DNA from: an uncultured Acidimicrobiaceae bacterium
GTDB lineage: Bacteria; Actinomycetota; Acidimicrobiia; Spongiisociales; ZC4RG35
NCBI GenBank assembly: GCA_964458055.1
Contig: CAYWGY010000002.1
Coordinates: 1,508-33,551 of the forward strand
Reading direction: 5' to 3'
Length of the DNA stretch: 32,044 bases
In this document: one piece after another, positions 1 to 7,104 of the stretch
Layout: each line of letters opens with the position of its first letter
How positions within the stretch are numbered: position 1 is the first letter of the stretch
Program-made: the position numbers and the translations under genes
The notes under the pieces: model-generated
Told to the model about the DNA's origin: nothing
The model's database searches: none
The model's input: only the letters and a program-made list of their open reading frames with translations

Positions 1-134
1 TACTCGCGGTCGGCGGGGCGGCGGCGGATTGACTCACCGAAGGCGTCCGCCTCCCTCCACAACCGGGACACCTCGGCGTCGATGTCAGGGAAGTGCACCT
101 GGGGTTTTATGCGGACGAAATCGGATGGAGACAT
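1..134 (-). CDS. ileS: isoleucine--tRNA ligase, N-terminal fragment (runs off left edge)
   Basis: My reverse-strand translation from ATG (plus-strand cat at 132-134) gives MSPSDFVRIKPQVHFPDIDAEVSRLWREADAFGESIRRRPADRE(Y). This fits the N-terminal pattern of actinobacterial type-2 IleS (FP..E.EV...W...F..S..RR...EY followed by VFYDGPPFANG). ileS also fits the synteny with dksA-like/lspA/rluD. It is too short to appear in the ORF track. Confidence 0.55.
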   Translation of the reverse strand, partial: MSPSDFVRIKPQVHFPDIDAEVSRLWREADAFGESIRRRPADRE

Positions 135-202
135 TTGCAGGCTCGGGGTGGCGTCGAAAACAGAATGGTACATTTGTCGAATGGCCGCGCCGGCGCCTTA
201 AG

Positions 203-490
203 GTGGATGAGAGGGTGTTTCCAGAGACCTGGTCTCCGGCGGTGCGAACGGTCGGGGGAGTTACGCGGCTCCAAGTGTGGGTGGTCCCGGGATCATCACG
301 GAGCCAGGTGGACGGTATCCACGGTGACTCCGTCAAAATAAGGGTTAGAGCGGCCCCCGAGCAGGGGCGGGCGAACCGGGAGGTGGAAGGGCTCCTGTCG
401 GCGACCCTGGGTGTGAGAGTTCGGGTAATTTCGGGCCATCTTTCTCGCCGTAAAAGGGTTGAAATCTCACCGGGACACGATAGGATTTAG
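203..490 (+). CDS. DUF167 (YggU-like) family protein
   Basis: The C-terminal part of ORF 29..490 (VTRLQVWVVPGSSRSQVDGIHGDSVKIRVRAAPEQGRANREVEGLLSATLGV..ISGHLSRRKRVEI) matches the DUF167 pattern (v.P.a.r..i.g...lki.v.apP..GkAN..l...La..l.v....i..G..sr.K.v.i). The listed start at 29 would overlap the ileS start on the other strand. I chose the in-frame GTG at 203 (ATG at 125 is the alternative), so the start is uncertain. Confidence 0.6.
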   Translation: MDERVFPETWSPAVRTVGGVTRLQVWVVPGSSRSQVDGIHGDSVKIRVRAAPEQGRANREVEGLLSATLGVRVRVISGHLSRRKRVEISPGHDRI

Positions 491-521
491 TTCCTGATAT
501 GGGGCACCGAGAGGAGAATTG

Positions 522-893
522 ATGGCCAGGGTGCTACACGAGAAGACCGTCGCCCAGCTCCGCGCCCGTCTTGAATCAGAGAGGGGACGGATCATGGGGT
601 TGATCGGAGGCTACAACCAGGCTATGGAAGAGGCCAGAATGTCCGAGGGCGCCGGGGAGCGGAGTTCCGATCCTGCCAGCGCCGAGGCGGGCGCCGCCGC
701 CACCGACAACGAGACGCAGATGTCACTGGAGCGGAACGCCACATTGCTGCTGGATAAAGTTAACGACGCATTGGCGAAGATGGACAGAGACGATTACGGC
801 AACTGCGACATGTGCGGCAAGCCGATTCCGGTGGCCCGTCTGAGGTACCTCCCCTACGTCGACAGTTGCATAGAGTGCGCCGGCCGAAACTGA
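522..893 (+). CDS. TraR/DksA family C4-type zinc-finger protein
   Basis: The C-terminal motif CDMCGKPIPVARLRYLPYVDSCIECA (CxxC-N17-CxxC) follows a coiled-coil-like N-terminus. GAGAGGAGA lies just upstream of the ATG at 522 (the track starts at TTG 519). This gene sits directly upstream of lspA in many actinobacteria. Confidence 0.8.
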   Translation: MARVLHEKTVAQLRARLESERGRIMGLIGGYNQAMEEARMSEGAGERSSDPASAEAGAAATDNETQMSLERNATLLLDKVNDALAKMDRDDYGNCDMCGKPIPVARLRYLPYVDSCIECAGRN

Positions 894-1369
894 TCGCCAC
901 CCTGGGTTTGGCTGTCGGCGCCGCCGCCACGGTGGTGGTGGCCGATCAGATCACCAAGCACTGGGCAGAGCGTGACTTCGCTTCCGAACGGGTTGAAGTG
1001 GTTCCCGACGTGCTGTGGTTCACCTATCTTGAGAACCCGGGATCAGCCTTCTCGCTTTTCCAGGATTCGGGGGTCTGGTTGGGCTTGGCTGCGGCGGGGG
1101 CTGTAGGTGTCATCGGATGGTCCCTACGGCACCCCCGTCCCACTCAAGAGGTTGTCGGCCTGGGACTGGTGATGGGAGGCGCGGTGGGGAACCTCGTGGA
1201 CCGGGCAACCCGGGGAGAGGGACTCTTGGATGGGAAAGTGGTCGACTGGATACAGATCCCCAACTTTCCCGTTTTCAACATGGCGGACACCGCTCTGACA
1301 GTCGGGGTGGGACTGATACTGCTGTCCGCCTTCCGGCAGAGCTTTGGCGCCTCGCGGTCGCGTTCCTGA
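875..1369 (+). CDS. lspA: lipoprotein signal peptidase II
   Basis: Motifs ENPGSAFSLF and VFNMADTALTVG (catalytic Asp regions) with four hydrophobic segments. The track start at 812 overlaps the upstream gene by 82 nt. The in-frame GTG at 875 gives a typical N-terminus, (M)RRPKLIATLGLAVGAAA. Start uncertain. Confidence 0.85.
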   Translation: MRRPKLIATLGLAVGAAATVVVADQITKHWAERDFASERVEVVPDVLWFTYLENPGSAFSLFQDSGVWLGLAAAGAVGVIGWSLRHPRPTQEVVGLGLVMGGAVGNLVDRATRGEGLLDGKVVDWIQIPNFPVFNMADTALTVGVGLILLSAFRQSFGASRSRS

Positions 1370-2303
1370 AACCCCGAAAGCGGACAGCGCCGGGCTGGAA
1401 CTGCGGGAGTGGACGGTGCCCGCCGGTCTGGACGGCGAACGAGCCGACCGGGTGGTCTCCATCCTCCTGGGAGTCAGCCGCTCCATCTCCCGGCGCCTGA
1501 TCGAGGCAGGGCGGGCACGCTCCCGGGCAGGAAGGCTCAAGCCGGCGGCGCGGGTGGTAGCGGGGGCCTCCCTGTGGCTGGGAGACCCTCCCGAGAGGCG
1601 ACTGAAGCCCGAGGAGGTTGACTTCGAAGTGGTGTACGAGGACGACCATCTGGCGGTGGTGGTGAAACCGGTGGGGGTGATAACCCATCCGGGTTCGGTG
1701 GTTCCCGGTCAGACCGGGACCCTGGCGGCGGGGCTGTTGCACCGGTATCCGCAGATCGAGGGAGTGGGACAACCGGCCCGGTGGGGAATCGTCCATCGCC
1801 TGGATAGGGGAACCTCCGGTCTGTTGGTTGTGGCCCTCACCTCCGAGGCCTATGCGGGGTTGACGGTGGCTCTGCGCCACCGCCGGGTGAAACGCCGCTA
1901 CCTGGCGCTGGTGCACGGAGTCATGGAGAGCACCAATGGAGCGGTGGAGGCGCCGCTGGGTCCCCATCCCCGGCGGCGGGGAAAGAGGGCGGTGGTGGCT
2001 GACGGAAAGTACGCATTCACTCGCTACCGGATGACTGGGAACTGGGACCATCCCCCGCTGGCCCTGCTCGAGGTGGAGTTGGAGACAGGGCGCACCCACC
2101 AGATCCGGGTACATCTGGCGTCCATCGGCCATCCGGTGGTGGGAGACTCCCTCTACGGCAACAGGCCCGATCCTCTGGGAGCCGGTCGCATGTGGCTGCA
2201 TGCATCCGAGTTGACCTTTCGCCATCCGGCCGATCCGGAGAGGGTTACCGAACACCGGGCGCCGCTCCCCCCTGAGCTGGATCGCGCGCTCCCTGCGCTG
2301 TGA
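1344..2303 (+). CDS. rluD: RluA-family 23S rRNA pseudouridine synthase (RluD-like)
   Basis: An S4-like N-terminus (ERADRVVSILLGVSRSISRRLIEAG) and the catalytic motif HRLDRGTSGLLVVA. TTG start at 1344, overlapping the lspA end. Confidence 0.85.
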   Translation: MAPRGRVPETPKADSAGLELREWTVPAGLDGERADRVVSILLGVSRSISRRLIEAGRARSRAGRLKPAARVVAGASLWLGDPPERRLKPEEVDFEVVYEDDHLAVVVKPVGVITHPGSVVPGQTGTLAAGLLHRYPQIEGVGQPARWGIVHRLDRGTSGLLVVALTSEAYAGLTVALRHRRVKRRYLALVHGVMESTNGAVEAPLGPHPRRRGKRAVVADGKYAFTRYRMTGNWDHPPLALLEVELETGRTHQIRVHLASIGHPVVGDSLYGNRPDPLGAGRMWLHASELTFRHPADPERVTEHRAPLPPELDRALPAL

Positions 2304-2328
2304 GTGGTTAGCCTTTCTCAGTGTTGTC

Positions 2329-3171
2329 GTGAGTTCCGATCACTCTCCCATCACCACCTGCCACCGCCACCCCGGCACGCCCACCCGGTTGGCGTGCAGT
2401 AGTTGCGATCGCCCGATATGCCCTTCCTGTTCCCATGACGCCGCGGTCGGGCAGAAGTGTCCCGATTGCATCGGCCAGGCTCAACGCAACATCAGGACGG
2501 TGAGAGACAGGGTGGGTATTCCTCCGGTCACTCTCGCGATCCTGGTCGTCACCGGTGGTGTCTACGTGGTTTCCTGGCTGCTTCCCGGTCTCGAGGTCGA
2601 CTTGATCAACGAACTTGCCATGTGGAACCTGGGAGTGGCCTTCGGTCAGTGGTGGAGGATGGTCACGGCAGTCCTCCTGCACGGATCGCTGTTTCACATA
2701 CTCTTCAATATGTGGGCGCTATATGTCTTCGGACCACAGATAGAGCGGGAGTCGGGTTCGGTGCCCTTCCTCATGATCTACCTGTCTTCGGCGGCCGGGG
2801 GAAGTCTCTTCGTGTACCTCTTCTCAGGTCCGTTCACCGTCTCCGTCGGCGCCTCCGGGGCCATCTTCGGCCTGTTCGGCGTGTGGTTGGTGGGGGCGTA
2901 CCGGATGAGGCACACCCATTACGGAAGACGAATCCTCTCCCAGTTGCTGGTGCTCCTGGCCATCAACTTCGCTCTGCCCCTCTTCCTGCCCAACATCGCC
3001 TGGCAGGCTCACCTCGGGGGAATCGTCACCGGGGCCGTCATCGGATTCCTGTGGTCGGCCCAGCGGCGGCGAAGCCGGGGCGTTCTGGCCCTGGCGGCCT
3101 CCGCGCTGGTTGTGGGAATCCTGGTGGTGGTTGTCTCCCTGATGGTTGAGGGGAGCCTTCTCGCTTTATGA
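2329..3171 (+). CDS. rhomboid-family intramembrane serine protease with N-terminal Cys-rich zinc-ribbon
   Basis: Catalytic Ser context GASGAIFGLFG and His context QAHLGG, with six or more hydrophobic helices. N-terminal CHRH..CSSCDRPICPSCS..CPDC. GTG start. The stop overlaps the dnaE ATG (ATGA at 3168-3171). Confidence 0.8.
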   Translation: MSSDHSPITTCHRHPGTPTRLACSSCDRPICPSCSHDAAVGQKCPDCIGQAQRNIRTVRDRVGIPPVTLAILVVTGGVYVVSWLLPGLEVDLINELAMWNLGVAFGQWWRMVTAVLLHGSLFHILFNMWALYVFGPQIERESGSVPFLMIYLSSAAGGSLFVYLFSGPFTVSVGASGAIFGLFGVWLVGAYRMRHTHYGRRILSQLLVLLAINFALPLFLPNIAWQAHLGGIVTGAVIGFLWSAQRRRSRGVLALAASALVVGILVVVVSLMVEGSLLAL

Positions 3172-6100
3172 CCGGTCGAGCCGGATTCGCCCACCTCCAC
3201 CTGCACACCGAGTACTCCATGCTCGACGGTGCCTCCCGGGTGGGCGAGATCATGGCTGCGGTGGCCGCGGACCGCCAGCCGGCGGTGGCCATGACCGATC
3301 ACGGGGTCCTATATGGCGCGGTCGATTTCTATGGAGCGGCGCGGGATGCGGGTATCAATCCCATTCTCGGGATGGAGGCCTACCTCACGCCCGGTTCCCG
3401 GTTCGACCGGCCCACCGGAGAGAGCAACGTTCGCCATCACATAACCCTGCTGGCCTATAACGACACCGGCTATCAGAACCTGATCAAGATCAGCAGCCGG
3501 GCCTTCTTGGAGGGTTACTGGTACAAACCCCGCACCGACCGGGAACTCCTGGCAGAGCACTCGGAGGGGATCATCGCCACCTCGGGGTGCCTGAGCGGGG
3601 AGGTCGCCTCCCACCTGGTGGCCGGACTGGTGACCGAGGAGGGGGGCAACAGGGGGGTGTTCGACCCGGAGGCGGCGCTCAGGGCGGCCGCTGACTACCA
3701 GGACATCTTCGGCCGGGACAACTTCTTCATAGAGATCATGAATCACAACCTTCCCCAGCAGGAGAACCTGCTGCCGGAACTGGTGAGGATTGCCGAGCGG
3801 GTGGGGGCGCCCCTCCTGGCGACCAACGACTCCCACTACACCCGGCCCGGTCAGGCGGAGACCCACGACGTTCTGCTTTGCATCAACACCGGCGCCAACG
3901 TGGCCGACGAAAACAGGCTGCGCTTCGACTCCCAGGAGTTCTACATCAAGTCTGCCCGGGCCATGCGGGAGCTTTTCCCCGCCGACCTCTACCCCGGGGC
4001 CTGCGACAACACCCTGTTGGTGGCCGAACGGGTCGACGTAACGATGGAGATGGGCCGCCAACTTCTGCCCGACTTCCCCACGCCTTCCGGACACACCCAC
4101 GCCTCCTATTTGAGAGACCTCGTGTGGCGGGGCGCCCGGCGTCGATACGGCGGCGACATTCGGCAGGAGGTCTCCGAGCGGATCGGATACGAGTTGAAGG
4201 TCATCGGCGACATGGGTTTCGATACTTACTTCCTGATCATCTGGGACCTGATCCGGGAGGCTCGCGAGCGGGGAATCCGGGTGGGCCCGGGCAGGGGTTC
4301 GGCTGCCGGATCCATTGTCGCCTACTGCCTGGAGATCACCCAACTCGACCCGCTGGAGTACGGGCTCATCTTCGAGAGATTCCTGAACCCTGGACGGGCG
4401 GCGATGCCCGACATCGACATCGACTTCGACGAGCGCTACCGGTCACAGATCATCGAATACGTCCGGGAGCGATACGGGTCGGACCACGTTGCCCAGATCG
4501 TCACTTTTGCAACTATCAAGGGCAAGCAGGCGATCCGCGACGCCGCCCGGGTGTATGGCTACGAGTACCGGATGGGAGATCAGCTGGCCAAGCAGATGCC
4601 TCCCGCCATCCTGGGTAAGGAGGCCTCCCTCCATCAGTGCCTCAACCCGCCGGGATCCGATGACGATGGCATCGTCAGGGACTGGTTCAACAACGCCGCC
4701 GGATTGCGAGAGGCCTACCACACCGACGAGGACGCCCGCAAGGTTATCGACGCCGCCCGAGGACTTGAGGGTCTCCGCCGCCAGGATTCCATCCACGCCG
4801 CCGGGGTGGTGGTCTCCCCGGTTCCCATGCCCGAGTTGGTGCCGGTGCAGCAGAAGGGCAAGGGAGCGGAGGTGGTTACCCAGTACGAGATGGGCGCAGT
4901 GGAGAGATTGGGCCTGCTGAAGATGGACTTTCTCGGCTTGCGGAACCTCTCCACCATAGAGAGGACCCTGGACATGGTGGAGAAGGCCACCGGCGATCGT
5001 CCCGACATCGACCACATACCCCTGGACGATTCCAAGACTTTCGAGTTGCTGCAGGCAGCGGAGACCATCGGCGTCTTCCAACTTGAGGGCGACCAGATGA
5101 GAGCGCTCATACAGCGCCTCCGCCCGGATCGCTTCGACGACGTGGTCGCCCTGGTGGCCTTGTACCGGCCCGGTCCGATGGGCGCCAACATGCACACCCT
5201 CTATGCCGACCGCAAGACCGGTCGGGCGGTGATCACCCCGCTTCACCCCACCGTCAGGGAGATTCTGGAACCAACCTACCAGATCCTGGTCTACCAGGAG
5301 CAGGTGATGGAGGTGTCGAGAGCCATGGCCGGGTACTCCATGGAGGAGGCGGACAATCTTCGCAAGGCGATGGGCAAGAAGATCCAATCGGTGATGGATG
5401 CCGAGGAGGAGAAGTTCGTCGAGGGATGCGCCTCCCAGGGGTACGACCGGACCACCGGACGGGAGTTGTTCGGGTTGATCTCCCACTTTGCAGGGTACGG
5501 GTTCAACAAGTCGCACTCCGCCTGCTACGGCCTGATCGCCTACCAGACCGCCTACCTCAAGGCCAATCACCCGGCCGAGTACATGGCAGCCCTGCTCACT
5601 TCCTCCAAGGCCAACCGCGACCGGACTGCCCTATATCTGAAGGAGTGCCGGCGCATGGGGCTGTCTGTGAAGGTGCCAGACGTCAACGAGTCGGGCCTCG
5701 ACTACGAGGTCCGCTCCGGCGGCATAAGGGTGGGCCTCTCGGCGATCCGCAATCTCGGTGAGTCGGTGGCGGAGAGGATCATCGAGGCTCGCCGGCAGCA
5801 GGGGGACTTCACCGGCTTCGTCGACTTCTGCGAGAAGGTGGCGGTGGAGGCCCTGCGGCGGAACACCCTGGAATCGCTGGTCAAAGCGGGAGGCTTCGAC
5901 GGACTGGGACATACCCGCCGCGGCCTCACCGAGGTGCTGCCCCTCATAGTCGACTCGGTGGTGGATCGGCGCCGCCGCGAGGAGGCCGGCCAGTTCTCCC
6001 TATTCGGAGGAGGAGGACTGCCCGACCTCACCCTACCCGAGATCCCCGACCATCACTGGGAAAAGCAAGTGCGCCTCGGCTTCGAGAAGGAGATGCTGGG

Positions 6101-6683
6101 CCTCTACCTCTCAGATCATCCCCTGGCGGAGAAAGCCCGGGACCTCAAGGCAGCGGATGCCATCTCAACCTCGAAGCTGGAGACTCTTCCCGATCGGGAG
6201 AAGGTGACGATCGCCGGTCTGATCGCCGGCCTGGTGCCCAAATGGACCCGCAAGGGAGACCGAATGATGGTGCTGGTTGTCGAAGACCTCGATGACGAGG
6301 TGGAGGTGGTGGTCTTTCCCAATGTGGTGAAGCGTTACGAGGACATCCTGGCGATCGACCAGATGGTGGTGATATCGGGCAGGGTGGACCGGCGGGACGA
6401 TGGAGTGCAGGTGATCTCCAGCCGGGTGCAGCCACTGAAGCCCGCGCCTCCCTCAGTCGACATTAGGTTGAACTCGAATTTCATGAGCGAACGCGACAAC
6501 GCCATGCGCCTGGGGGAGTTGTTGCGCCGTTATCCGGGCAAGAAGCAGGTCACCTTCCACATCGAGAGCAACGGAACCCACCAGGTGATACGAACCTCCA
6601 ACCCGACAGTCGGCGATGATCCCCGCCTCATCGCAGAACTGGAGGACCTGTTGGGCGCCGGCGCGGTGATAGTGGCCGCCTAG
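3168..6683 (+). CDS. dnaE: DNA polymerase III alpha subunit
   Basis: 1171-aa ORF. It has the PHP motif HLHLHTEYSMLDG, a polymerase core (GPGRGSAAGSIVAYCL, MPDIDIDFDE), KMDFLGLRNL, VALYRPGP and FNKSHSACYG. The length is typical of DnaE1. Confidence 0.97.
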   Translation: MTGRAGFAHLHLHTEYSMLDGASRVGEIMAAVAADRQPAVAMTDHGVLYGAVDFYGAARDAGINPILGMEAYLTPGSRFDRPTGESNVRHHITLLAYNDTGYQNLIKISSRAFLEGYWYKPRTDRELLAEHSEGIIATSGCLSGEVASHLVAGLVTEEGGNRGVFDPEAALRAAADYQDIFGRDNFFIEIMNHNLPQQENLLPELVRIAERVGAPLLATNDSHYTRPGQAETHDVLLCINTGANVADENRLRFDSQEFYIKSARAMRELFPADLYPGACDNTLLVAERVDVTMEMGRQLLPDFPTPSGHTHASYLRDLVWRGARRRYGGDIRQEVSERIGYELKVIGDMGFDTYFLIIWDLIREARERGIRVGPGRGSAAGSIVAYCLEITQLDPLEYGLIFERFLNPGRAAMPDIDIDFDERYRSQIIEYVRERYGSDHVAQIVTFATIKGKQAIRDAARVYGYEYRMGDQLAKQMPPAILGKEASLHQCLNPPGSDDDGIVRDWFNNAAGLREAYHTDEDARKVIDAARGLEGLRRQDSIHAAGVVVSPVPMPELVPVQQKGKGAEVVTQYEMGAVERLGLLKMDFLGLRNLSTIERTLDMVEKATGDRPDIDHIPLDDSKTFELLQAAETIGVFQLEGDQMRALIQRLRPDRFDDVVALVALYRPGPMGANMHTLYADRKTGRAVITPLHPTVREILEPTYQILVYQEQVMEVSRAMAGYSMEEADNLRKAMGKKIQSVMDAEEEKFVEGCASQGYDRTTGRELFGLISHFAGYGFNKSHSACYGLIAYQTAYLKANHPAEYMAALLTSSKANRDRTALYLKECRRMGLSVKVPDVNESGLDYEVRSGGIRVGLSAIRNLGESVAERIIEARRQQGDFTGFVDFCEKVAVEALRRNTLESLVKAGGFDGLGHTRRGLTEVLPLIVDSVVDRRRREEAGQFSLFGGGGLPDLTLPEIPDHHWEKQVRLGFEKEMLGLYLSDHPLAEKARDLKAADAISTSKLETLPDREKVTIAGLIAGLVPKWTRKGDRMMVLVVEDLDDEVEVVVFPNVVKRYEDILAIDQMVVISGRVDRRDDGVQVISSRVQPLKPAPPSVDIRLNSNFMSERDNAMRLGELLRRYPGKKQVTFHIESNGTHQVIRTSNPTVGDDPRLIAELEDLLGAGAVIVAA

Positions 6684-7033
6684 CCTGTGGGCGCTCACCG
6701 GTGGACGGGATCCTCAGCCGGTAACAGTTGAATCCGGCGAAAAGCGGGGGTGACATCGTGGGTCCGCGACTCCTGCAACCAGGGCAGGGTCCGTCTCCGC
6801 GCCGCCCCTGTCGACCAACCGCGGTGCTGGGACACCATGTTCTAACCAAGCCCTCGCCAGGGTGCCGTCAGAACGCCGGTGGCCTCCTCACAAGGGGTTT
6901 CCATCCGGTAGGGGTACAGGCACGGACCGGGGCCGACTCCACGATCGCACGGGCGACCGCAGTTGCTCCTGGACAGACTGGTTGCGACAAATCGCCCACA
7001 GGTGTCCGGCAAGCGAAATCGCAGCGGACCATG

Positions 7034-7067
7034 AGATGGGGGAGGACGTTCAAGTCCGGTCCCATCT
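7034..7067. terminator. GC-rich hairpin between convergent dnaE and the 833-aa gene (candidate bidirectional terminator)
   Basis: AGATGGG (7034-7040) pairs perfectly with CCCATCT (7061-7067). An inner GGAC/GTCC stem encloses loop GTTCAA. It lies 38 nt beyond the stop of the minus-strand gene. There is no U-tract, so it is not a canonical intrinsic terminator. Confidence 0.3.
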
Positions 7068-7104
7068 GGTTGACGGTTGGAGTGTCAGCCCCACGTGCGA
7101 CTGC

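Noticed and set aside
29-202. The long 153-aa version of the DUF167 ORF starting at 29.
   Set aside because: The first approximately 58 codons are Arg/Pro-rich and overlap the ileS N-terminal coding region on the opposite strand. The DUF167 homology begins only near residue 75.
480-492. Exact 13-mer ATAGGATTTAGTT present both here and at 30603-30615. Each copy is in an AT-rich patch near a gene start.
   Set aside because: A back-of-envelope estimate gives several chance 13-mer matches in a 32-kb window when both strands are counted. The two copies have different orientation relative to their nearest genes. There is no extended similarity beyond the 13 nt.
6746-7092. Possible tmRNA or RNase P RNA in the dnaE-downstream spacer. 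Cues were GGGGCTGA on the minus strand at 7085-7092, GGGGGTGA at 6746-6753 as an apparent closing helix, a GTTCAAGTCC T-loop-like element, an AAGTCCGG P4-like string, and GGTTGCGACAAATCGCC resembling the region before mycobacterial tmRNA tags.
   Set aside because: - The end-to-end helix has a central mismatch, and 8-mers with one mismatch are expected many times by chance in 400 nt.
- There is no T-arm adjacent to the 3' acceptor strand, no G3-U pair and no CCA.
- No frame gives a tag ending in ...AA-stop.
- The universal GAGGAAAGUCCGG and ACAGAA.CCGGCUUA RNase P motifs are absent in the correct positions.
- ssrA normally neighbours smpB, which is not here.

An Infernal scan would settle it.
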